This document shows positions 25,335 to 37,257 of a DNA stretch of 41,315 nucleotides, piece by piece (the stretch's first letter is position 1; every line of letters begins with the position of its first letter). The notes beneath the pieces were generated by a model. It saw only the letters and a program-made list of their open reading frames with translations. It was not told where the DNA came from and ran no database searches. Origin of the DNA: Vezdaea acicularis (lineage: Eukaryota); contig JAPEUI010000130.1 of the NCBI GenBank assembly GCA_026025075.1, forward strand, positions 1 through 41,315, in the 5' to 3' direction. Made by a program: the position numbers and the translations under genes.

Positions 25335-27115
25335 TCATTGACCCGACCCTGCAGCTTTCTTTTGTGGTTCGTCGCCTTCGACTTGTTTAGTATCGTTCGT
25401 GGCTTGGCCTGAAGTGCTCGAGGGATTCAAGGGCTTCTTCTCATGTCCATGAGCAAGGTTGTCCGTAAGTTTGTGCCATGCCGATTTCAGAAACCCTTCA
25501 TTGTTCAAGCCCGTCTGGTCCTGACCTCCACTAGATGGAGGTGGGCCTGATGATGGAGCACTTTGACAGAATCAGTAAAATGCTGTCAAGGCCTCACGTA
25601 CAACGATAGACTCACTTGCTCTTTCCTCGGCTCATCACCCTTTTCGCGGTTCCGTCTCCCATCTCATCGGCCAACATCTCAACAAGGTTCCTTTGGTTCG
25701 CACTAAGATATTTCGGCATCGCTACCTTGAACTCCACCTTCAGATCCCCTACGGCTCCTCTCTGACCCCCAAGCTTCCTCATACCCATGCCATTTAGCGT
25801 GATCTTATCTCCGGTACTGGTCCCAGTATTCACTTTTATCTTGACCTCTCCGTCCAGCGTTGGAACTCTGACCTCTCCTCCAAGTACAGCGGTCGTCAAG
25901 GGGATGGCTGCTGTGTAGAGCACGTCAGAACCTTGCCGACTAAATTTCGGGTCAGATGCGACTCGAATAAAGACATAGAGGTCTCCACTCGATGAACGCG
26001 CGTTGGGATTTGCAGCCATCCCGGTAGGCGGCGCGTCACCCTCTCCACTAACTCTTAATCGCATACCATCCTCAACACCACCGGGTATATCCACGTTGAC
26101 TGTCTTGCGCTCTCGTACAACGCCGTTCCCTGAACAAGTATTACACTCCGACCCCCTTGGAGTAACGACGCCTTGACCTCCACAGGTATCACACGTACTC
26201 GCCATCTGGAAGCCTCCTTGCATGAAATGTACCCGCGTCCCAGTACCATCACAACGTTTGCATGTAATGCGTTTCGTTCCTTGTTTCAAGCCGCTCCCAG
26301 AACATGTCCGGCATTTGACCAGAGGCGTGATGGGTATGTCCTTGTTGAGGCCTTTGGCCGCGTCCATGAAAGATATGTTTGTTTGGACCTCGATATTCTC
26401 CCCTACCAGTATCTCTTCTTGGAAGGGTGACTGCCGAGAGCCCCTCCCCCGTCGACCGCCACCCCCAAACGCACTAAATAGATCCTCAAAGTTGAAGTCG
26501 GCGGAGAACCCTCCTGCTCCGAATCCTCCAAATCCAGCCCCGGCAGCGCCTCCAAAAGGACCACCAGACGCAGCCCCGCTCGAAGGGTCGAAACCGGCGC
26601 CTTGGTCGAAAGCTGCAGCCCCGTATTGATCCCAAGCTTCCTTCTTCTTCGGATCTGAAAGCATTTCATATGCAGATTGTAGTTCAGAAAACTTCTCCTT
26701 CGCGTTGGCATCTTTATTTGTGTCAGGGTGGAACTTCTTGGCCAGGGAGTAGTAGGCCTTTTTTATGTCTGACGAGGTAGCGCTCTTCTGGATTCCCAAG
26801 ACAGTATAAGGATTTTTCGTCGCTTGGTGATTGTGAGTTGCATGAAACGCCTAGATTTTAGACATGAGTACTCATTGGCAACCTTTTCGGGATAAGGATT
26901 CCCATGTTAGAACTTACTCGGGCATGGTCGTTCGTTCGCTGCACAATCAGCGCATCTAACATCCGCCGTCGATTCTGCCACAAGCTGTGTTTGCATGACG
27001 CCGGGCGCGGCCTGCCCCGAATGCTACTGCCAGTGCTGTAACTTAGCTGGCTCTTGTACAAGATCCGTAACGGTATCGTGACCTTCCTTGGCCATGCCGG
27101 GGGCCCGAGACTCAT
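25335..27115 (-). CDS. MDJ1: Mitochondrial class A DnaJ co-chaperone (3 exons)
   Basis: Arg-rich presequence and AFHAT motif, J-domain with HPD, G/F region, four CxxCxGxG zinc repeats, C-terminal domain, last exon [13 protein letters not shown]...KKAAGSGQ*. Confidence 0.94.
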
Positions 27116-27820
27116 CTCCGCCGAGGTCAAGCTACAAGGCGCATAAACCTAGTTCTGCACATCCAACGACCTGATGGCAGTTGTGTGAAAAAGTGGTAAT
27201 GTTTCGCAGAATTCAAGGTAAGAAGTCTTGGAATGAAAATACGTCAAGGGAATCGTTAAGGCGGCCCTCTCAACTTCAACGCGAACTTTTTCTTCCCTTG
27301 TGGCAAGCGAGGTTCTACGAGGATCCATCGATATGATTGGTCCAGATTAGGTAGCGGAAGATAACCTAGGTCACCCGAAAAGGCGCAGAACGCCTATGTG
27401 AATTCGGAATCAAGTAAATTGAAAGCTATAATCAATCACGCTTAATGGAAGTCGCTGTCGACGCCTCGCCCAAAGGGTGTTCCTAAATCCCCGAGATCCA
27501 ACTCGTATTGTAGACGGGGTTCACGCCAACTCATTGGAGAAACGGATGTACATAAATAAATGGGACACATTATCTACTTCATTCGAAACCGAAGCGCGAC
27601 GCGCATAATGCTTAGTTATATAAACGGAAAGCCATAACTCTTCTTCTCCAACCACTAGTGAAAGAGCGTTGCCCCTTTGACTCGTTGTCATTCTGCATCC
27701 CTTGCTGCGCCAGACTCGGCCAAGACCCATACACCACTTATGCTGAATGTTTCCAATTAATGCCTCGTATAATTATAAACCGAAAGTAATGCCACAGCTT
27801 CGGACTATGCGGTTGCAATG

Positions 27821-28438
27821 CTACCCTCTCCGTTGTGGTGCGAATCTCATCCGGAAGTTTTTGTCCTGCCACCTAACCTTGTATAGAAAGTCCACGACGA
27901 CCTCCGACTCCTGCACTCCCAACCCGTTGAAGTTCTTCCTCACAGCAAGAGCGAGCTGCTCCTTACTGACTCTTCTCTTATTCTTTCGCCGTGCCATAGT
28001 GGGGGAGTGCCGGCCTATGCTAGGGTTCGAGAGAACCATCTGATTTAAAGTAGAACTGAAAGCGGCCGGAGTATCGAGTCTGTACACATGACGGTAAGCG
28101 TTGAGAACAGGAGCTTCCATCTCGGCCCATTTTATCTAGCATAGCAGGGAATACATCAGCTGAACAGTCCTACCAAACCCATAGAAAGGGCTCAAAGTGC
28201 TCACCCCAGCTATGTCTTGTCCGCTATTGATCCCCCCGTTGCTGTTCGAGTTCGCTGCGTGTGCTGGATTCAGACTGGATGTCTCTCTGTGAAAGGCCCC
28301 GGGAGTAGTGTTAGAGCTGGGCATTCTCCTCCCTTTGCTATTGGAGGGGTTCTGGAGTAGACTGGCTGGCCGATCCCTGGTGCTCGATGCCTCGGAACGG
28401 GAGTCGTCCGGGCCTAGTCGCCCACGAGCTGGAGGCAT
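27821..28438 (-). CDS. SAP30: Sin3-HDAC complex subunit SAP30-like (2 exons)
   Basis: Exon 1 MPPARGR...DDSRSEASST; exon 2 LNAYRHVYRLDTP...KEQLALAVRKNFNGLGVQESEVVVDFLYKV (SAP30 Sin3-binding domain). Confidence 0.88.
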
Positions 28439-29046
28439 TCTGTCTGAGGATGTTAAATGCCCTTGAACTCAATTAGGGGCCGCGGTAAGGTTTACGGTAT
28501 ATGCTGTAAGTCTAGAGGAATTGCGAGCTCCGCATTTTGGCTGCCGTAGCGAACAGTAGGTCGCGAGGGAGCTCGCGTCGTGATCCTGCCCTCTCGACGC
28601 GACAACTGATCGGCGCACTACTGTAGGGCTATGACGCATCTCGGTTCACAGGGATCGCTCATATCAACGGGATTCCTTTATGACGGCCGGTCGGCCATGC
28701 AGAATATGAAATTCACTATAAGTCGAGAGATTTCTCATCTAATGGAAAGACTGCCTCAATGGTGAGCGAATGCGCGATCATAGCACCATGGTAGCAATCA
28801 ATTTGGCCAACGATTGATAGGTAGTGAGGGTATGTCCATGAAAATGCAATAACTGATATGACGCTGCTCCGTAGCAAGACAAAGCGAGAGACCAGCAACA
28901 ATTTTCCATAATTTACAGAGATGATACAAGCCATGAGCGCCAGCTATACATTCCCCTTCCCCCCCCCACAACGCTCAGCATCATAAGATGCCATGCACAG
29001 AGCCAATTCCCCCTTTTCATTTCCAGCGCTACAACACAGTAACCAT

Positions 29047-32000
29047 TTACGTGGTGCCAGTCAACATCTCCACACAGCTGTCCAGTAACTTGGCTGCTTC
29101 GCGCAGCAATTCCCAGCGTGCCTCTACGAACATGTCTCGAAGGACAAGTAGTAACCCCGCACACCGGTTCCGGTCCTTTATCCACTGCAAGTCGTCAGGT
29201 GCTGCCACACTACCGACTCGACGCAGGAAGCTCTGAAGATCGGCCATCTTCTGTGAGGGCGTGTCCAACGGTGGCTGATCAGCGGTGATTTTGCCTTCCA
29301 ATGCATAGCCATAGGACCATACGATGAGAGCAGCAAAGTAAAGAACCCATGGCCGGTTCAGCAAAAAGTCTTCTCGCGCTACGTATGCCGTCTCGTCGCC
29401 AGTAATGAACACCTGTGACAGGAACTGCAGAGCAAAGTAGGTTGCATCTCTTGCTCTGGCCGATGGCGCCCAACTTTCCTTCATACGCCGCGTAGCACTA
29501 TGATAGTCTTGGTGACCGATCGTGCGTCCCAGCAGCCGCTGTGCACCAGCAAAGATCTGGCAGTCGACAATGTCGACATGCATTGCCATGTGTGCAAGGT
29601 GATGTAGCACTGTTCGGCTCTCATAGACGTTGTCATCAGGCAGCTGCTTCAATGGAGGATATCCGTTGGGGTTTGCGTTCGAAGTAGTCCCGACGGAGGA
29701 ATGGTAGTCCAACCTCCAGCTGTCGAAAGCCCGAGTCAAGGAACCGCGCCATTTATCACGTCCCCCTAGTGCTCGCAAGACACCCAGAGTGCTGACTTGA
29801 AGGTCTCTTTGGTTCATATGCCAGCTGACGCTCAGCAGGCCAGCCATCAGGACGGTCCGGCCAAACGAGTTGGTGCGTACCTTTTGGCCATTGAGGGTCT
29901 TCTTCAGCCCCTCGAGGAAGGTGGTTGGTTTCACTCCTTCGGCATTGAGGCTGGCTTCAACACGGCCAACCTCCGCACTGCTAGTGGCTGACCAAAGCGC
30001 CTCATTACATGGCAGAGGCAGCCGCATTTCGTGAGCAACCATGACAGCAGCGTGACCAAACATCGTTGCGTGTGTGGAGTCTATGACGAATGCAGCAAAT
30101 GCAGCTCGACGAGTGGCTTCGTTTGTGATCCAATGGTTCCACCACTTATCAGGAGTGTTCGAGCCCGAGTTGTTGTTTGACCCATCACCTTGCTTCTCGT
30201 CTCTTACGCTCGGTGGGGAGTCCAAGGCCGAGCGTCCGATAAGAGAGCTTCCCCGTCGCATTAACGTAATCGTTGTCGCATGGTGTATATGGGATCTTTC
30301 GTGAAGAGCTCTGGTAGAATACATCTTCTCATAAATCTCCAGCAGCAGAAGGGCCTGGAAGATCCACAACTTCGCGGGAGGCATGAAATTCGAGTCACTG
30401 AAGATCTCCCAACGAAGCTGCCAGGCTAGGAAATTCGACAGCTCCGAGCAGTTCTGAGTCACGGTATAGCCGTGCATTTTGTCCAGACAAGAAGCACCGA
30501 TAGCCATCATTGAAATGAGTAGTAGGTCAGGCGTCTCATCAGCCACGAAGGTAGGCTTATGCAGTATGGGAAGCTGCGGATGGAAATGATACCAGAAGGA
30601 TTTGATGTATAGCTTCATCATGTGCAAGCTGAGGACATGATCGTCATTATCACGGTCACCATTCAAAAGGTCTTCCTTCTGGTTTGCTGCCATCGAATGA
30701 TCCGGTTGATTGAATCGTAAATTGATCAGCTCCAGAATCTTGTCCCTCTTTCGCTCCGAAAGATCCGGTTCAGGTAGATTGTCGACCATGCTGTTCATCG
30801 CCATAGGATGTTGTTGCGGCATCATCTGAGGATAATACCCGATTGTGGCGTCATTCTGGTACGGTCCGTAGTGGCTGTTGTGCCCTTCCCAGAAAGTGGA
30901 CAGCTGCCCTGGCACGAGTGACTGGCCTGTCATCGGAGAGGAGCCCATATGAGGAGCGCTCACGGTGGTCTCGCCAAACAGCCAAGTAGCAAAATCCTCG
31001 GTAATGGAGAATGGCGAGCGTCCGAGAGTCTCCCCGCCGAACACAGGCATGGACAGACCAGCCATTTGACCCATAAATGAATCCGCCACCGTCGAATTCG
31101 GCCCCATCCCTGCCAGCTGATCCACGGAATTGGATCGGGACGGAGGTGACGTGATCATAGGCCCGGTGGAGGACCGCGAAGGTACACTTGGACTTATCGT
31201 TGAGAATCCAGGGGGAGGCAACGAGAGCGGGGCGAAGCTTTGTGGCGTTTGGAAGCCGCCGACGGACTGCGCGCCCGCGTATCCCATTGATGGGTTCGTA
31301 TTCATCTGAACCATGGTGGGGAAGCCCTGCGAAGACGGGACGACATTCGCGTACGGAGACTGATGGGAGGCGGCTTGAGAGGTAGGATTGCCCATGGTGG
31401 TGGCCTGGATCATCGGTCGAGCATAGACGCCAGGATTAGCTGGAGGTGAGGACTGATGAACAGCATCAATCGAGCCGTAACCAACATTTCGCTGCCCGCC
31501 TTCATACGAGTCCACGTGCATGTTACGTGGCATGCCCGAAGGGCTGAAGGACTGGGCGCTCGTATGCGCGGAAAAGGGCCCGTCGCTCGTGGAGCGGCTG
31601 AGCGCCTTTCCTTGTGTCAAGAAGGGAGGCCTTGCCTTGCTCTCGGGCGGAACAGAGCCTGCAGATCCAATCATGGTCGTTGAAGACGTAACGGAGGTTG
31701 GTGACAGGGTGCTGTGCTTCGTCTCCGTCGGCGATGCATACATGGTGGTGCCGGATCGAGCGCTCAGGTCGGCGTACGAAGCTGGGTCCTCTCCATGCCG
31801 CTGGGGTACTTGAGATAATCGCAGCTGCTCGAGATCTCGCTCGCTCTCATCCATCTTCACGGTGGGCGAGGTGCTCGCGTTCTGTAAGAAAGCATCCTTG
31901 CGCTGCAACTGCGAGCCGCGGGCGGTGTGCCGTTCTTTATGACGCGTGCATAGATCTTGACGGACAAAGTGCCGGTCGCAGCCTGGATAGTTACAATAGT

Positions 32001-32430
32001 ATCGCTCTTTGGGGTTATCTATCACCGAGAAATGTCAGCCATGCAAACCCAAGGCGGTCAGATCCGTCTTGGCTCGTCACTCACGATTCAGCTCATGGCG
32101 AGATAGATGCTCCGCCCTCGAGTAGCTTTTCCCGCAACCTTCGTGCCGGCATTCAAACTTCTTATCCAGCCCCTTCCGGCTTCTCCGCCGCTTCCTCGAC
32201 CGCCCTGCACCATCCGGTTCATCAAGGCTCGTTCCATCGACCATCCTCTCGTCCTCGTCGCCGTCCTCGTCGCGACTTCGCCTCCGGCCTCGGGATAGTT
32301 CTTCTTCATCGGGCGGGCCTTCCCTGCTCGGACTCTTGGAGGGGATCATCGCCCGTGACGGCCCCGCCCTATCTCTTTGCGACGAGTGCAACGTGTGGGC
32401 GTGAGGCATACGAGCCGCGATCGAGCTCAT
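29047..32430 (-). CDS. Transcription factor with two C2H2 zinc fingers and a fungal-specific TF (Fungal_trans) domain
   Basis: FECRHEGCGKSYSRAEHLSRHELN|H...YYCNYPGCDRHFVRQDLCTRHKERH (intron between fingers). Middle-homology region FWYHFHPQLPILHKPTF...LLLISMMAIGA...EATRRAAFAAFVID...LPLPCNEALW. Confidence 0.92.
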
Positions 32431-33444
32431 CGCCAGCCCTATTCACCTGGTGCTTTGCGTGCGCGGGTCGACCAGTCTGAATTGTAGAAAGAGTAATCGG
32501 CCAGCGTGTTGTCCAACAGGCTCCGTCCACGGAAGGAAGTCGCGCGTCGTGCAACCGGGAAGGGACCATAGACCGGGCGCAGGGAGCACCTGCCGGTCCT
32601 GCCTGGATGGATCAATCGGAAGCGTGCAAATGTCGCGCAACAACGGTACGCAACGCCTCCGGTACGGATCCACCGTCACCACCAGGGGTCGATCAGCCTT
32701 GCTCTTCCCTCTCCACGTGGTGGGCACGAGCTCGGAGCAGGTCCGATTCGGTGAGGGATGCGGTGCCGTGAAGGAGCGGAGAATAGCCCCTCCCTCTTCT
32801 TCCCCCGTCGAAAGCGGTCAGTCGACTTGAGTGAGGAGAACGGCGGAAAGGTGGTGATCAGGTGTGAGAGGCCTGCCTCTGTCGACGCGCCGTCGGCCCA
32901 AAGACTGCCTTCGCCGTCCCGATGAGACTTTGACGTTCTTCAATCCAGCCCGAACAATCCGTACGGGATGAAAGCGGCGGCGCGAGGACCATGCCACGCG
33001 GGGACGGGGTCAAGGAAGCGGAAGTGTCCAGGCAGCGGCAAACGCCGAGGGCATGCAAGACTCGGGGCGAGGTGGTCGTTCGCACACGAGCGCACGGAGG
33101 TCGCGACGGTCGGGAGCAGGGAGGCGGGTGATGCGGCGATGCGTGGAGTGCCTGTCGTGATACAGGGCGACGACGAAGCCGACGGGTCGGTGCGATTCAA
33201 AGGGTCCTCGCGGAATGTGGAGAAGTTCGTGGGATGAGAACGGATGGCTGGGAGCGGGCGTGGGGGGGGGGGGGAAGACTGTGGGTTAAGAAGGACGCGG
33301 TGCGACTAAATAAGTTGCCGCCTCTCCGAACGGCGGCCGGGCAGGCGACGGGGAGACGACGGGGGAGCTCCCAGCATGACTGACGCCACTAGTGTCTTCA
33401 ATTGATGGAGAGTGCAGGCGACAATTCTCCAGCAAGCGCACGAT

Positions 33445-34124
33445 GGGAGGGGGTCGAGGGGGGGCAGGGAGGGGGAGGGGGAGGGGGGTGAGGATGGATG
33501 CACTGGCAGCAGCATCGGGACTGCAGTGGGCTGCCGTTCTGCCAGTAACTGGCGGCCCGAGCTATACCACGACGAATTCGGACAGCTTCTCTCTCGACGC
33601 AGACGTGTGGGAGGGGGTGTGGAAGGGGGAAGTGGAAGGTGGAGGGCATGAGGTGGTGGAAGTGAGAGGGGGAAGTGAGAGGGGGAAAGGACGGGGGAAA
33701 CGAGGGAAGCCGAATGGCGGCAAAGCCACGAGCTAATGAGCCAAGCAAGCGAGAAGGGACGAGACGAGAAAATGGTGCATGCAAAAAGATTTAAAGACGA
33801 GAAAAAAAAGGCGAAAAAGAGCGCACGAACGAGAGCGAGGCGGGAAGGCCATCGCGGCCGCGCATTGGACGGGGAGGGCAAGCACAAGCACAGGCACGCG
33901 CAATGCAGCGTCCGGGACGTCGATGGCGCGCTCGAAAGTCGTGCCAATCGCAATCGCCGACGGCCGGCGCGCTTCGTCCTTGGCTGATCACGCTACCGTC
34001 CGCTCGACCGCGCGATCGAGATGGAGATAAGATGGGGGGGTGGCGGGAACGGTTAGGGGAAGAGGGAGAGAGCGAGCGAGAGAGAAAGGGATGGGATGGG
34101 AAGGGGAGGGGAGGGGAGGGGAGG
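33445..34124 (+). repeat. Purine-rich low-complexity tract with G-run clusters (pyrimidine-rich on the TF sense strand)
   Basis: Runs such as GGGAGGGGGTCGAGGGGGGGCAGGGAGGGGGAGGGGG (~33445-33490) and GGGATGGGATGGGAAGGGGAGGGGAGGGGAGGGG (~34088-34124). Confidence 0.75.
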
Positions 34125-35453
34125 GAAGAAGAGAAGGATTCGGGAACGGTACAAGGACCAAGGGAAGGCGCCAGGGAGGGAAGGGACGACGGAGGTAACT
34201 CACACGAGCCTCGAGAGCGGAAAGGATGCGCCGGTGCAGCAGGATGCTTGTCTGGCCCAGCAGCTGTCCCGACGCGACAGTCACACGTTGCGGTATGAGT
34301 ACATCGATCCCATGCCACCAACACCGACCCTTCCGAATGTTCGGGTGGCATCCAGTACATGTCCCGTCGTGTACGTACGGTACGAGTACATGGCCTTTCT
34401 GGCGGAGACTGGATGTCATGTGATCACGATCCGCGAGCGTTGTTGATGCCCAGCCCAGGCCTCCCTCCCCCCTGCTGAATATTACGTTACATGCTCATGG
34501 CGGGAGAGGACCCCTTCTCCCCGAGACGTCTTCCCCGGGAAGGTGCCATCGACGGCCGAATGCGACCGTCGGCGAGCTTGTGGGCCTGCTGACTGCCCTG
34601 CCGTGCGGTTGGTCCGCCGTTTCGTCGGTCGGCCGAGACACAAAAGCAGCCGGTCAAGAGATCAAGAGATGGAGCGCGCTCGAGCCCCTCCCAAGCACCC
34701 TCACTCCACCGTCTCCACCGGCGATGGCGTCTGCTTCATTGGCTCCCACACTCCTCCATGGAACCGTCGGTCCATCCGACATGCAACAAGCCCTGCTCAA
34801 CGGACGCCTGCTCGGACAATGCCATGCGGGGAAACGCTTGACGCGATCGACCCTGGCCACCGAAGAGGCTTCGCTTTCTATCATATCTCCGGAGCCTTTC
34901 CACGCCAAGTGCCCATAGACCCTTTCGTCGCGAGAGGAGTGCTGCAGGAGCACGCGCCGTGTGCGCGGCGCGGCAGTCCGGGTCGAGAGCCCTAAAAGGG
35001 CATAGACCGTGGTGAACGGGGAGAGGACGGAGGTGCGCCGGCCGAGGGACGAATCGGCGGGACGCAGATGTCGGAAAAACCTTGCGCCCGGGATCGCGGA
35101 AGTGTGGAGAGGAGAGCCTATGTCAGCTTGACGACAGGGTTGGGGTCTCGCGCTCGGGATAGGGGGGGAGGCTGCATCGGCGACCCCGTTGACACCCCAT
35201 TCCGAGGGACCAGGTGGTGACTGTGAAAGGCACGAGACAGCGCAAAGATTTCGGGGCCAAGCCCCGCGATCCACTTACCTGGATTCGCTTCTTAGCGAAG
35301 TGACGCCGAAGCCTGCGCGGAGCCTGACGTGTGACGTCTCGCCCTACCGCTCGTTACCAGAACGTCGGACTCTTTCCCCTGCCCCCACATTGGACCGTCA
35401 CTCCCTTCAGACGAGTGATGCGCGCACGCCCGCCCTCTCTTCTAGAAAACTCA

Positions 35454-35478
35454 CCCCCCCCCCCCCCCCCCCCCCCCC
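35454..35478 (+). repeat. Poly-C homopolymer (25 nt)
   Basis: Directly visible run of C; exact length may be affected by sequencing error. Confidence 0.9.
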
Positions 35479-35922
35479 TAAATCGCATGGAACAGGAGAG
35501 CAGCATCTCTTGTAAGTGGTGGTGCCCCAAAGGCGAGCGAAATGCGCCATCCAGCCCCACGTCGCCGCACGCTAACCCCCTTTGAAGCCTTTCTCGCCGC
35601 TCCGTCTGGACTGCAAAGTTGATGATGGTGAACGAAAATTGCCTCGCAGCGAATAGGACTTGATCGACGCCACTCGGGCAAAAACCTGGTCCCCATGCCT
35701 TCCTCTTCGAGACGGCTTGGGCGATCCTGGAGAAGCACCTCACGGGCAGGCTGCTCGGTGGCATCTCCGCATACAGTTCCAAGAGCTTTGCAGTCCAACC
35801 CAACACCATCAGATAAAGCCACCTACTTCACTCGAACCTGCTTCACTTGTGACTTAGCCTGCGAAGACTCTGCGCTACGCATGCGTCACGTGAGAGGCGT
35901 CATAAAGGAAAGCAGGAAAGCA

Positions 35923-36032
35923 TTGTGGAATAGGTCAAAATTGCACAGTGCTGTGATTGATAGCAGGGGTCAAAATTGTATGCGTTTTGGTGGTGATCAC
36001 TTCGCTTGTGTGATCACTTCACTTGTGGAATA
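35923..36032 (+). repeat. Cluster of short direct repeats at the start of the accessory region
   Basis: TTGTGGAATA x2 (35923, 36023); GGTCAAAATTG x2 (35933, 35968); tandem 17-mer GTGATCACTTCRCTTGT x2 (35993, 36010). Confidence 0.75.
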
Positions 36033-36130
36033 CGTTATTCTAGTCATTTATTTCGAAAACCATCTACTCTAGTCATTCCGCGAAAGAAACCATCGATCCG
36101 AGACATTTACCTTATCTTATATTAGCTGCA

Positions 36131-36538
36131 GTGATTATTGTTGACAGTGAAGAAGACGATAACACTTCTCAAGAGGACACTTTTCACAACAGCACTTTCC
36201 AGGACCAGAGTCATCAGGATGAGAGCCACCAAGGCGACAATTCCCGGCATGAGACTTTACGTCCACGTCGAACGCAGCGTAAATCTGTTGTTAACAAAGA
36301 AGAGTTTTGCAAACAAGTTGACTAAGACTTCAAGTGGATAGATGATACAAAGCTTTTGCTTTGAGATGCAAGAGAACTAGTTGAGGGGCCACTTCCAATC
36401 TTAAAGAAGCAAGAACAAGTTTTGGAGCAAAAAGTGAAGGTGTGAAGGCATTATCACAATAGTTAAAGAGCATTAAGGATTTCCTCAATGAGTGCGGAGC
36501 CCAAGAAGAGAAGATTACTATGCGATGGCCAAATAGGT
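36131..36538 (+). pseudogene. Stop-interrupted ORF of unknown function (probable C-to-T/RIP-type decay)
   Basis: A single frame reads ...EEFCKQVD*DFKWIDDTKLLL*DARELVEGPLPILKKQEQVLEQKVKV*RHYHNS*RALRISSMSAEPKKRRLL. Stops are TAA 36323, TGA 36362, TGA 36443 and TAA 36464. Confidence 0.55.
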
Positions 36539-37257
36539 AAAGCAGGTCTTATATCGTTCATTTGCAAGTAAATTAGCTTTGTGATTATTTTCCTGAGGAA
36601 GGCTATACAGTGACTGGATTCGGGCGAGGTGCTGCTCTTACAATGTATGATTAAAATGGGTGTATGGGTTTCGTACAACAGAATAGTTGTTTGTTGCGGT
36701 CTCAACACCAACTTCACTGGATTTCAGGTCATGTCCTCCCCACCGCACTTAGGCTAGCGGTACTGAAATCGTAGCCTCATTCCTAGAAAGGTAGGTGGAG
36801 AGCTCAGGACGCCTTACTAGCCAGGAGCACCGTCCCTGCACAAAAACCTGGCTGGGACAACATTCCTGTGACTCTGAGAATCCCAAAATTCGAGGAGTGC
36901 TGGGTACAGTCGCTTGCAAAATCGGCTTCCTCCTGTTTCGCCCAAAAGAATTGTGAGCACAGACCCCTCAGCCATTTTTGGCGCTGGCATCCTAGGTATT
37001 GCACTGATTGGTATCTTTCTAATCTGGCTGATACAGCCAGACTATCAGGTGACGTGTCCTCTGAGCCTGCTGCCTGGCGCCGCGGCTCACCGGCTCGTCC
37101 CTCATCTCCCTTCATAATCACCATCGCTACGCATCTTCTTTCCTTCCTCTCCGCCCATCTCGGAGTATAAAAACAAAGACACGTAGAACCCCAAAAATAA
37201 AGTCGTGAAATCATCTAGTAATGAATTGAGCCGTTTCATATTTTCTCTATCTCACTC

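Noticed and set aside
32443..35822. Many overlapping 60-215 aa ORFs
   Set aside because: Low-complexity Arg/Pro/Gly/Ser-rich translations expected in GC-rich DNA; no domains recognised.
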